Virus record (IMG/VR): IMGVR_UViG_3300020413_000063 | Span: 1-26,567 of that record | Strand: one strand, 5' to 3' | DNA: 26,567 nucleotides | Source: a virus | Taxonomy: Duplodnaviria; Caudoviricetes | Shown here: in pieces, positions 7,072 through 15,474 of the stretch | How positions within the stretch are numbered: position 1 is the first letter of the stretch | How the letters are laid out: each line of letters starts with the position of its first letter | Notes under the pieces: model-generated | Database searches by the model: none | Told to the model about the DNA's origin: nothing | What the model saw: the letters and a program-made list of their open reading frames with translations, nothing else | Made by a program: the position numbers and the translations under genes

Positions 7072-8078
7072 TAATATCTCCAATCTGACTTAATTGTAGG
7101 TTTCTTGGCTCTCTCTGACCTAGCAGGCTTTGCTGGTACATTTTTTTGTGGTTGAGCTTTGTAATTTCTTGTCTTTCTCTCCAAAGTAAAAATTTCTTCC
7201 CCTAAACTATCCTCATTATAAAGAACCCCCTTCTCATGCATTCCCATAACATCCATAAGTTGAGCCTCTAAAGTTTCTCTTAATTTTTCACATGATTTGA
7301 TGGTTTTGACACACTCATATAAATCCAATGCGACTTGCTTATGGGTTTGAGTAAAATCTACAATTGGTAGATCACTCTCACTTTTTGGATAAGCTTCAGC
7401 ACTATCTTGAGTATCCATTGAGGGATAATAGTCTGGACCCTTTTTACGATTATAAAAGTCTTGTATTCTCTCAATGATTTCATTTTGCATTTCTTTATCT
7501 GGCTCATAGATAAATAGACGCAAAGATGAACCCCTATATAAGACACTAACCATGACATATCTTGCTTTATTACCATGCGCCTCATAGCAAAGATGACCAC
7601 CTTGAATTTGCAAAACACCTCTTTCAAGTGGTGGCTCATCTTCAATAGAGTGTTGTGTTGATTTAGCCTCTGTTAGAATTACATCACCTTTATCAAGCTC
7701 TATAAATTCCTTTCCCTTGAGCTTACCCATAAAACGAATATTCTCTGTTTCATGTATTTTTTGATTAGTATTTGATGTAAGAATTCCATCTAAACTCACC
7801 TCAAAAAAATCTTCTTTAAATCTAAAGACTTCGGTGATGTTTGAATTGACACTACAATTAAGATGTTCACCACTCACATTTAAAATATTAGTTTCATGAA
7901 TGTTTCCCCATTGTGTGTACTCATTCCCATTAAAGGGGGCTAATGGAAGATAATCAGGGTGATTATTTGCTAAATGTGATCTTAATAAACCATTTCTTTT
8001 GAGCCACCTATTTAGACCCCAAAGAGTAGGCAATACTGATCCTGTGATGAGATCATCACGAGTAAGTTTTCCAACCAT
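7071..8078 (-). CDS. YqaJ-like (lambda Exo family) exonuclease
   Basis: ITGS, WGNIHE, SLDG, EAKST and QIQG motifs of the PD-(D/E)XK viral exonuclease; GGAG RBS. Confidence 0.85.
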   Translation of the reverse strand: MVGKLTRDDLITGSVLPTLWGLNRWLKRNGLLRSHLANNHPDYLPLAPFNGNEYTQWGNIHETNILNVSGEHLNCSVNSNITEVFRFKEDFFEVSLDGILTSNTNQKIHETENIRFMGKLKGKEFIELDKGDVILTEAKSTQHSIEDEPPLERGVLQIQGGHLCYEAHGNKARYVMVSVLYRGSSLRLFIYEPDKEMQNEIIERIQDFYNRKKGPDYYPSMDTQDSAEAYPKSESDLPIVDFTQTHKQVALDLYECVKTIKSCEKLRETLEAQLMDVMGMHEKGVLYNEDSLGEEIFTLERKTRNYKAQPQKNVPAKPARSERAKKPTIKSDWRY

Positions 8079-8090
8079 TTTTTTCTCCGT

Positions 8091-8342
8091 TTATTGTGAC
8101 AAATAAACAATAAAAGAGAGAGCTATAATTAGGATTGTTAAGACTGCTTCTATACAAGTCTGACCAAACGAGATTAGGTCAGGTGAGTTAGCTTTGACAG
8201 ATTTAATAAATCTATATGTTCTACTAATAATTTCAGTTAAGATAATATATATTATGCGCCCAAAATGATAAAACACATTTGATATACCTATATTATTGCC
8301 TCTTTTAATGCCTTTTCTCATATTTTCCTCAATTTTTACCAC
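8091..8342 (-). CDS. Hypothetical membrane protein
   Basis: Hydrophobic C-terminal segment AVLTILIIALSFIVYL; start uncertain. Confidence 0.5.
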   Translation of the reverse strand: MVKIEENMRKGIKRGNNIGISNVFYHFGRIIYIILTEIISRTYRFIKSVKANSPDLISFGQTCIEAVLTILIIALSFIVYLSQ

Positions 8343-8360
8343 ATTTAGCCGTATGTAACC

Positions 8361-8762
8361 CTAATCTTGGTTACTACCACTAGATGTAGTGTTTCTAGTT
8401 TTCTTGGAAGTAACATTATAAACTCTTACTTCCTTTTCTTTTTCAAGTTTAAGATCATGATTAACTTTAGTTATAATACTTCTAAAACTCATGACTTTAA
8501 CATTATAAGGAATATTTGCGCCTTTTATGTCTTTTAGGTCTTTAACTAGTTTCTCTAAATGTTTGACTGCTATAGCTAAATGATTAGTGGTCATTGATGG
8601 AATATCTAATCTTGTACTCTCATTATCCCCTAACAATTTTTCTCTATATCTATTCATATAAAAACTATTTTTTCTAGCTTGTGGAGTAGATCGGTCTGCA
8701 TAATGGCTTTCTCTAGCCAAATAATCTTCCTTGTCACTACTCTTTCTAAAATTCATTAACAA
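8361..8762 (-). CDS. Hypothetical protein
   Basis: 133-aa ORF, TTG start preceded by AAGGAG. Confidence 0.7.
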   Translation of the reverse strand: MLMNFRKSSDKEDYLARESHYADRSTPQARKNSFYMNRYREKLLGDNESTRLDIPSMTTNHLAIAVKHLEKLVKDLKDIKGANIPYNVKVMSFRSIITKVNHDLKLEKEKEVRVYNVTSKKTRNTTSSGSNQD

Positions 8763-8828
8763 ACACTCCTTATACTTTCACAATAAATGTAAAATTTCTT
8801 TTTAAAAGTTTTTTATATAGACTTGAGT

Positions 8829-9308
8829 TTAAGATATGAACTTGAGTTTATCGCGTGAACTCACATATTCTGTATAATAATATTCTGTGCTTTTAAGCAT
8901 GATATCATCTGATTTGTAACACATGATTTTTGCAGAGATATGACTTTCAATGGCGATAAACCACCCCTCTTCTACACAATGATTAAATACTTTAGATACA
9001 AAAGCTTTTTTCAACTGTGGAAAATAATCTCTGACTTCTTTTTGGGTAATACATTTATCTTGTAATGTTTTAAGCACAACGAAAGCACCAATAATTCTTT
9101 TATTCATGTGACTTCTAAAATAATGGGTAGCTCTACGCATTTGCGGATCATGGGGTATGGGATAGTTTTGGTAATTAAAAAACGATAGTTCGGTTGCCAA
9201 ACTGTTTATGATACCCTCTTTAATATTGTATGGTGGTGGTGTAGCTTGAATTTTTTTTGCTTTCATATCCATGATCTTTCCACTTCTTTGATGTTCATTT
9301 AAATTCAT
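8829..9308 (-). CDS. Hypothetical protein, possible winged helix
   Basis: ITQKEVRDYFPQLKKAFVSKVFNHCVEEGWF is wHTH-like; GGAGA RBS. Confidence 0.55.
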   Translation of the reverse strand: MNLNEHQRSGKIMDMKAKKIQATPPPYNIKEGIINSLATELSFFNYQNYPIPHDPQMRRATHYFRSHMNKRIIGAFVVLKTLQDKCITQKEVRDYFPQLKKAFVSKVFNHCVEEGWFIAIESHISAKIMCYKSDDIMLKSTEYYYTEYVSSRDKLKFIS

Positions 9309-10026
9309 CTTTTTCTCCTAGATTTTGGTTAATAATTCTTCTTAATACTTGAGGAAACCATCTTGTCTTTCCCTTAAAGGTAAGAATTCCCCTCATTTCT
9401 AATTCTTGGCATATCCCAAATTCAGTAACATTTGGAAATTCCAATTTAATTTTCTCAATAATTGGCCAGACTTCTTTACGAAACTCCGCCCAACGTCTTA
9501 CATTAGCCTCATGAGCCTTAGTTAATTTTTTGGTACGTTTTGTATTACCAATCTTCACCCCCTTTTCTACGGCTCTCTTTTGACCTCTCTTGATGCGATT
9601 TGATTGCTCTAATAACTTTTGCTCTGCAATCATTCTCATGCCCCTAAGAAAAGTTTGATTTGTGGCTGGACTAAAATTGGGTTTTAAATCAACACCAATA
9701 ATTTTAACCTGACTTTCTAACATCATGGTAATGGCTTTAAAATTACCACTCACAATTACAAAGTCATTCATGATCAAATCAGCAAAATTTGATTTAGCTA
9801 TGGAAAGAGCCTCTTTTAACCCATCCCAAGTTCTACGATTTGTTTCGGTTACTTCCTCAATGATTGACCAATCACCACCATTGAGATGAAAAAGAATACT
9901 ATCTTTAGCTCGTTCATCATCCTTCAAAAGATAAACGACTTTTCTTCCATAATGCTTAACCACCGTTTTCTCCCTAGAAAATGTTAGCTGAAAATAAGGA
10001 GATTTCAAGTCTTTCATATTATACAT
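9295..10026 (-). CDS. Serine recombinase/resolvase homologue, predicted catalytically inactive
   Basis: Retains WSIIEEVTE, LKEAL..AK...ADLI, IAEQ...SNRIKRGQKRAVEKGVKIG (helix E) and the C-terminal RGILTFKGKTRW...LRRII domain; the YxRVS and KLDRLxR motifs are absent. Confidence 0.75.
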   Translation of the reverse strand: MYNMKDLKSPYFQLTFSREKTVVKHYGRKVVYLLKDDERAKDSILFHLNGGDWSIIEEVTETNRRTWDGLKEALSIAKSNFADLIMNDFVIVSGNFKAITMMLESQVKIIGVDLKPNFSPATNQTFLRGMRMIAEQKLLEQSNRIKRGQKRAVEKGVKIGNTKRTKKLTKAHEANVRRWAEFRKEVWPIIEKIKLEFPNVTEFGICQELEMRGILTFKGKTRWFPQVLRRIINQNLGEKDEFK

Positions 10027-10036
10027 CTAAATATAC

Positions 10037-10234
10037 CTAACGGTAGTTTTTATCATTAAGTTGTTTAATAAAATTTAAAATTTCATTTTTTTGAAATAAA
10101 GTTACATTGGATAATTCAATGTCATAAGTGATCGGACTATATTCAATTTCATCAATTGTGCCTTCCATTTTTCCATCTGGAAGTCTGTAACCCATCCCAT
10201 CTTCTACAATGTTGTAATAAATTTTATTGGTCAT
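10037..10234 (-). CDS. Hypothetical protein
   Basis: ATG 10234 (MTNKIYY) with GGAG RBS. Confidence 0.65.
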   Translation of the reverse strand: MTNKIYYNIVEDGMGYRLPDGKMEGTIDEIEYSPITYDIELSNVTLFQKNEILNFIKQLNDKNYR

Positions 10235-10294
10235 TTTTATTCTCCATTGGTTGTGATATTTCATTGGGGGTCTATCAATCCCCCCAAAAAGATA

Positions 10295-11044
10295 TCACCC
10301 CCTACCTAGTGCTAATGTTGAACCATTGGAGCTACTACCAACACCCTTATTTAAGGATGTTCTATCCCCTGCACTTCTACCAGCCTCTTTTGCGCTACCA
10401 GAATTAATAGTCATACTTCTTGAGCCTCTTCTTAATCTTGGGTAACGTATCTTATGATTTTTTTGTAGCTCTCTATTAGCTACTACAACTAAGCTTGTTC
10501 CATCAGATGCTTTAGGAGTATTATTTAAAGCCTCATTTTTGCTTGCAAGATGCATTGAATGTAATCTAATTCCAATTCTTTTAGCCATAGAATTAAGAAA
10601 TGTAGCTCTAATACTATTTGCACTTACAAAAGCTTTTTCATACTGATACTCGCTTGTAAGCATATAACGATTAAACTCAATTTCCATTGAATTCCTTATC
10701 AATGAGTACAAATATAAAGCATTTTCTACATTGTGAGGCTCACCAAAAAGACAAACTCTATTGCCACTAAAAACTGTCTTAATCTGACAAAAGTTTTGAA
10801 TATCATACCAACAATGACTTACTGGATGTAATGGTGATTTTAAGTAGTCTGTTTGACCACATTTTAAAACTTTCTCAACATATTCAGCTTCGGTTACATC
10901 AAGTTCAGTTAATGTAACTTGGTACTTATCTTGAAGAGTTTTAAGTAATTGAGCTGCAGCCATTGCCTCTGCTTCCGTTGCACCTTGATCAACTGTTTTT
11001 GAGGTTAAAGCTTTCATCTTTTTTAAAATTTCTTTCTTATCCAT
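10295..11044 (-). CDS. DUF2786-domain protein
   Basis: N-terminal ILKKMKALT...GATEAEAMAAAQL...KY; FGEPHNVE..YLY; C-terminal AGRSAGDRTSLNKGV. Confidence 0.85.
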   Translation of the reverse strand: MDKKEILKKMKALTSKTVDQGATEAEAMAAAQLLKTLQDKYQVTLTELDVTEAEYVEKVLKCGQTDYLKSPLHPVSHCWYDIQNFCQIKTVFSGNRVCLFGEPHNVENALYLYSLIRNSMEIEFNRYMLTSEYQYEKAFVSANSIRATFLNSMAKRIGIRLHSMHLASKNEALNNTPKASDGTSLVVVANRELQKNHKIRYPRLRRGSRSMTINSGSAKEAGRSAGDRTSLNKGVGSSSNGSTLALGRG

Positions 11045-11310
11045 TATTTTTCTCCTGTTACTTTTTTAATTTCATTCCAAATTTCTGTTTGACTTTCAGC
11101 ACACTTAATTCTTTTGGTTGCAAATTTATCTGCAAAAAATATTTGCCCAACAGTAGGCTCATGAATATCATTCATGAGTAAATAACTGTCATAATTAGCT
11201 TGGTAGAGAATGTGCTTTTTTGCGTCAAACAGAGCCATTTGCAATTTCTCAACTTTTATTTCCAAATCGTTAATTTGGTAGTTTAAATTTCTTTCTAAGT
11301 TATTTTCCAT
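11044..11310 (-). CDS. Hypothetical protein
   Basis: 88 aa, TAATG-coupled at both ends. Confidence 0.7.
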   Translation of the reverse strand: MENNLERNLNYQINDLEIKVEKLQMALFDAKKHILYQANYDSYLLMNDIHEPTVGQIFFADKFATKRIKCAESQTEIWNEIKKVTGEK

Positions 11311-11504
11311 TACACACCCCCCTCAACATAGTCATAAAGACCATTTTTATTGACAAAGATGATTTTTCTTTCCAAAGCTAATTTAATTAATTCATCAGCA
11401 TTTTTTTCAAAATTAAAGTCTGGTGCATGATGCTGAAAGAAATCATCTTTCGTCATGTTCGTTGTAGGAGCTATTCTAATATTTGCGTCTAAACCCTTTT
11501 TCAT
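11310..11504 (-). CDS. Hypothetical protein
   Basis: 64 aa, TAATG-coupled, GGAG RBS. Confidence 0.7.
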   Translation of the reverse strand: MKKGLDANIRIAPTTNMTKDDFFQHHAPDFNFEKNADELIKLALERKIIFVNKNGLYDYVEGGV

Positions 11505-11869
11505 TATACATCTCCCTCATGAATATGAAGTTGGTAACCAAGTTGATCACACAAATCTTCAACAATGAATTTTTGGAATAGTGGTAAAACTCTTAGATTA
11601 TTGTCACTAAAATCTGGCTCTGTACTTTCACACTTAGCCTCATGTTGATCTTTAGTGTAAGTAGCCAACAAAGTTAAAGTTTGAGCTATATTGTTGTCTG
11701 GTCTAAGAGCTATTTGAGTTTGGGTAAAACCCTTACCCACATGAATTTCTACTTTTGTAAAAAGACAATGCTTATTTTTCATCTCATCTTTGAGAACATT
11801 AAGCTCTTCTTTTAATGCTACATTTTCATGTTGCTTTTGTACTAATGCTTTTTCTAAAAATTTAATCAT
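11504..11869 (-). CDS. Hypothetical protein, first gene of the leftward early operon
   Basis: ATG 11869 (MIKFLEK) with GGAGA RBS; N-terminal coiled coil. Confidence 0.7.
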   Translation of the reverse strand: MIKFLEKALVQKQHENVALKEELNVLKDEMKNKHCLFTKVEIHVGKGFTQTQIALRPDNNIAQTLTLLATYTKDQHEAKCESTEPDFSDNNLRVLPLFQKFIVEDLCDQLGYQLHIHEGDV

Positions 11870-12026
11870 AAGTTTCTCCATTGTTTCAACATCAATGTAA
11901 CACAGTATAAACATTTATTTACTAATGTAAAGGGTCACATATAAATAAATGTTAAAATAATGTTGAAAAATCGTTGAAATTGAGATTTTTAAGCAAATAG
12001 TTTATCAATATTGTTACAAAATCATA
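11870..12026. promoter_or_regulatory. Divergent promoter/operator region
   Basis: AT-rich gap between divergent operons; leftward TTTACA(11931-11926)-N16-TATACT(11909-11904); 12-bp inverted repeat 11910-11921/11942-11953; GTT(G/A)AAA at 11951, 11962 and 11973. Confidence 0.7.
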
Positions 12027-12221
12027 ATGCTATCAAAGAAATTTGTTATGGAACTAAAGAAAAAACAACAACTAATTTATCTAAATAAATCAGTAGCTAG
12101 TCAACTAAAGATAATGTCAAAAAGGTATGATCTAAGTATTAGCAAGCTAGCTGAGATTATTTTGAGAGATGGGGTTGAGCAGTTAAAGAAAAATGGCATA
12201 GGGAAGTTAAAAATTGACTAG
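12027..12221 (+). CDS. Ribbon-helix-helix (Arc/CopG-like) regulator
   Basis: QQLIYL strand followed by two helices (SQLKIMSKRYDLSISKLAEIILRDG); ATG 12048 is an alternative start. Confidence 0.75.
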   Translation: MLSKKFVMELKKKQQLIYLNKSVASQLKIMSKRYDLSISKLAEIILRDGVEQLKKNGIGKLKID

Positions 12222-12555
12222 TAGTGCTAAAAGAAAAGGTTATGTACTAGAGGCAAATGTAGTCAAATTTTGGACTGAGCTAGGCATCAAATGTAAGAGA
12301 ATTTTGGGTTCTGGTGCATTTAAACATTACTCAAAATCTCTTGCGTCTGATGTTAATTTGAATGGTCTTAAAGTCGAATGTAAAAGACGCAAATCAGGAA
12401 CTGGTTTTATGTCACTTTACAATTGGTTTGACCAAGATGATGCAGACCTTCTTATAGTTCATGCAGATAGAAAAGAACGGCTTTATGTTTTGAAAGAAAC
12501 TCAATTTTTAAAACTTGTGACTAGCGATAGTTGGACAAAAAAGAAGGAGAAATAA
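12214..12555 (+). CDS. Holliday-junction resolvase-like PD-(D/E)XK nuclease
   Basis: KRKGYVLE, SGA, SDV and VECKRRK motifs. Confidence 0.85.
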   Translation: MTSSAKRKGYVLEANVVKFWTELGIKCKRILGSGAFKHYSKSLASDVNLNGLKVECKRRKSGTGFMSLYNWFDQDDADLLIVHADRKERLYVLKETQFLKLVTSDSWTKKKEK

Positions 12556-13155
12556 ATGGATTTAGGTTTCGGAAGTGGTGAAAAGACAGAATGGATTTCA
12601 TTCAAACCATCAGCTAATGGGTGGCTCATGGATGGTGAAGAAATTGACATGAATGGTAAAGGCATTCTTGTTGATCCATCATCTATAAAAACTGGTTGGA
12701 TGAAAATAGCACAAGGAATGGCACCAGATTGTCTTTGGGATGAAAAAGTTGGTAGACGAGGTGAAAGACCAAGTGAAGATCACAAAAGAGGTTTTCAAGT
12801 CATGGTTATGCCTAAAGTCAAAGTTGATGACCAAATGAATGAAAATTGGAAACAATGGCAATCTAATAGTGTTGGTGCTTTTATGGGTCTACAAGACCTA
12901 TTAAGTAGCATTACAAGAGCTGATAAAGATGCTTTTTCAAAAAATGATGGGAAAGTCATTCAAGCAAAATACACTGGCTCTAAAATTAATGATGGTGGAG
13001 TTGGTAAAACAAGAATTCCTCAATTTGATTTTTTAGGATGGGCTAATGCTCCTTCTAAACCCCAAATTGATGAAGAAGCCGAGCAAAGACAAGACATGGA
13101 AGAAAGTCAAGCATCCAAAGATATTGTGGATGATGACATTGATAACTTGTTTTGA
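12556..13155 (+). CDS. Putative single-stranded DNA-binding protein
   Basis: Lies between resolvase and primase; aromatic-rich core; acidic tail DDDIDNLF; AAGGAG RBS. Confidence 0.6.
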   Translation: MDLGFGSGEKTEWISFKPSANGWLMDGEEIDMNGKGILVDPSSIKTGWMKIAQGMAPDCLWDEKVGRRGERPSEDHKRGFQVMVMPKVKVDDQMNENWKQWQSNSVGAFMGLQDLLSSITRADKDAFSKNDGKVIQAKYTGSKINDGGVGKTRIPQFDFLGWANAPSKPQIDEEAEQRQDMEESQASKDIVDDDIDNLF

Positions 13156-13173
13156 CGGCTAGCCTGTAAACTT

Positions 13174-13199
13174 GGGGGTGAGAAATCACCCCTCTTTTT
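13174..13199 (+). terminator. Intrinsic terminator/attenuator hairpin
   Basis: GGGGTGA-GAAA-TCACCCC stem with a GNRA loop, followed by TCTTTTT. Confidence 0.65.
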
Positions 13200-13201
13200 C
13201 C

Positions 13202-15103
13202 ATGTTTGAACCCTACGCAAAAGACATAGCCATAAAACTACTTGGTGAACCCAATCCCAAATTAAGCAAAGAAACAGAGCTTCGTTGGGGAAATTTTGGT
13301 TCAATGAGTGTTGATCTGCAAAAAGCTACCTTCTTTAATCATGAAACTGGAGTTGGTGGTGGGATGGTTGATCTGATCAAACATGAGAACCATGACCCAA
13401 AAATATTTTTAAAAGAGATGGGAATTCAACAAGAAATCCCTCAAATGGCAAAAAGCCAAATATCAGTTGTGGCTCGATATACCTACAAAGACGCAGAAAA
13501 CAATGAAAGCTATGAAGTCATTAGGTATCATCCAAAGACCTTTAGACAAAGAAAATTTGATCCTTTTACTAAAAAATATGTGAATGGTCTTAATGGAGTT
13601 ACCCCACTTCCTTACAATCTCCCCGAAATTCTCTCAAGAATAGATGAACCAATCTATATAGTTGAAGGTGAGAAAGATGCTGATTTCTTGATGGAGAAAG
13701 GTCTTTTGACCACTTGTAATAGTGGTGGGGCTAATAATTGGAAACCATCACTCAACGAGCATTTTCAGAGTAGAGAAGTCATAATTTTACCAGACTTAGA
13801 TGAAGTTGGTAAGAAACATGGTTTATTTGTAGCTAGTGAACTAAAAGACATAGCTAAATCTATAAAAATTGTTGAATTACCCGTTGAAGCAAAACAAGAT
13901 GTTTATGATTATTTTCAAAATGGTGGAAGTGTTGAGAGCTTACAAAAGTTAGCTTTTCAAACATCATTAGTAGGAAATGTTGAAAAACCTCAACCCTTCA
14001 AAACTTGGGAAGTTATTGACCCATTTCTTTTACCTAGAAGAGATTTCATATATGGCAACTTTTGTAGAGGATATTGTAGTTTAACTGTATCACCTGGGGG
14101 AGTTGGAAAATCTACTTTAGCTCTATCTCAAGCAATAGCTTGTGCATCTGGAAAAGGATTTTTAGGGGTCACACCAGAGAAAAAATTAAAAGTAATTTAT
14201 TATAATTCGGAAGACCCAATAGATGAACTTCAAAGAAGAACATTAGCTATTCTTCAACATTTTAAAATTGAGCAAGAGCAAATTCAAAATCAATTATTTT
14301 TGTCAAGTGGAAGAGATGTTGATTTAGTTTTGGCAGAGGGAATTGAAGGAATTATTAAAGAAGATGCTTTTGACACTATTGAAAGCTTTTGTTTAGAAAA
14401 TGAGATTGATGTTTTAATCTTAGACCCATTAGCAAATATGTTTAGTGGGTCATCTGAATCCAACGAGCTATTTAAAGATTTAGGAAAAAAACTCAGTCAA
14501 TTGGCAGATAGATGTAATTTAGCCATTGAGATAATCCACCATACTCGGAAGTTAAATGGTAGGGAAAGTAATGTTGAGGATGCTAGAGGCGGGTCATCTC
14601 TTGTGGCTGCAGTTAGAAGTGCCAAGAGTTTATCTCCAATGGATAAGGAAACTGGCTTAAAATTAGACTTAGACCATACAAATTATTTTAGTGTTAATGA
14701 TGGAAAAGCTAATCTTAGACCCCTCGAAAAGCAAACTTGGTTTGAAAAGCTACCAGTTGAATTAGCTAATGGTGATAGTGTTGCTATTTGCCAACCGTGG
14801 GAATGGCCAGATGTCTTTGATGGTGTAACCAAAGATCAAGCTAAGATTTGCCAATCTAAGATAGAAAATTCCGACCCTAAACTACGTTTTCATTCACTTT
14901 CTAACCAATGGGCAGGCATAGTTGTAGGAGATGTATTAGATTTAGATATTTCTAAAAAATCTGACAAAAACAAAGTTATTCAAATTATTAAGAAATGGGT
15001 AGAAACAGATGTTCTTAGAGTTGATGAGGAGTTTGATAGTAGACAAAGCCGAAATGTAAAAATTGTTGTATCTGGTGATAATAAATTGGTGGCGCATGAC
15101 TAG
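13202..15103 (+). CDS. Primase-helicase (TOPRIM + AAA_25/RepA-like helicase)
   Basis: TOPRIM IVEGEKD and LPDLD; Walker A SPGGVGKS; Walker B LILDP; IHHTRK; DARGGSS. ORF is open from TTG 13172. Confidence 0.92.
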   Translation: MFEPYAKDIAIKLLGEPNPKLSKETELRWGNFGSMSVDLQKATFFNHETGVGGGMVDLIKHENHDPKIFLKEMGIQQEIPQMAKSQISVVARYTYKDAENNESYEVIRYHPKTFRQRKFDPFTKKYVNGLNGVTPLPYNLPEILSRIDEPIYIVEGEKDADFLMEKGLLTTCNSGGANNWKPSLNEHFQSREVIILPDLDEVGKKHGLFVASELKDIAKSIKIVELPVEAKQDVYDYFQNGGSVESLQKLAFQTSLVGNVEKPQPFKTWEVIDPFLLPRRDFIYGNFCRGYCSLTVSPGGVGKSTLALSQAIACASGKGFLGVTPEKKLKVIYYNSEDPIDELQRRTLAILQHFKIEQEQIQNQLFLSSGRDVDLVLAEGIEGIIKEDAFDTIESFCLENEIDVLILDPLANMFSGSSESNELFKDLGKKLSQLADRCNLAIEIIHHTRKLNGRESNVEDARGGSSLVAAVRSAKSLSPMDKETGLKLDLDHTNYFSVNDGKANLRPLEKQTWFEKLPVELANGDSVAICQPWEWPDVFDGVTKDQAKICQSKIENSDPKLRFHSLSNQWAGIVVGDVLDLDISKKSDKNKVIQIIKKWVETDVLRVDEEFDSRQSRNVKIVVSGDNKLVAHD

Positions 15104-15341
15104 TGTAGCTACAGGAACCAAAGTTTTATTATTTGCTCTTTTAGAGTTTAGTTCTTTTGAGGATTGTAACAAAGCAAGAGAAATTCTAGCTCCATTGGTT
15201 CACCATGATCTAATTTATCAATGTGAATGGCATAATCATTCAAGTGTTTTCTTTTTTGAGCACAGTGCAAAACATAAATTTTATTCTACAAAACCTTATA
15301 AAAAACCTTACATTATTGATTTTTTAACAAATGCTCGTTGA
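15096..15341 (+). CDS. Hypothetical protein
   Basis: ATG 15096 overlaps the helicase end, with GGTGG upstream. Confidence 0.55.
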   Translation: MTSVATGTKVLLFALLEFSSFEDCNKAREILAPLVHHDLIYQCEWHNHSSVFFFEHSAKHKFYSTKPYKKPYIIDFLTNAR

Positions 15342-15389
15342 AAGAATGTTGAAATTTAAAAATTTAAAAAAATAATATAGAATTAATTT

Positions 15390-15474
15390 ATGGAAATCTT
15401 TTCCATACTTTTCTCCAAAACTTCCCCCCTCTTCAACCTCCCTTTCTTTAAAAAAACATAGGGGGGGGATTTTT
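15390..15474 (+). ncRNA. Candidate small RNA / bidirectional terminator with anti-SD-like loops
   Basis: Hairpin ATGGAAA-TCT-TTTCCAT, linker TTCTCC, second stem CCCCCCT/AGGGGGG enclosing ACCTCCC, then a T tract; upstream TTTAAA-N17-TAGAAT. Confidence 0.5.

Noticed and set aside
10264-10288. G5/C6 hairpin as an intrinsic terminator
   Set aside because: No U tract follows the stem on either strand; function unclear.
4713-15400. Recent recombinase-mediated inversion of the early/replication region
   Set aside because: No matching inverted repeats were found at the putative ends, gene coupling is intact, and the recombinase appears inactive.
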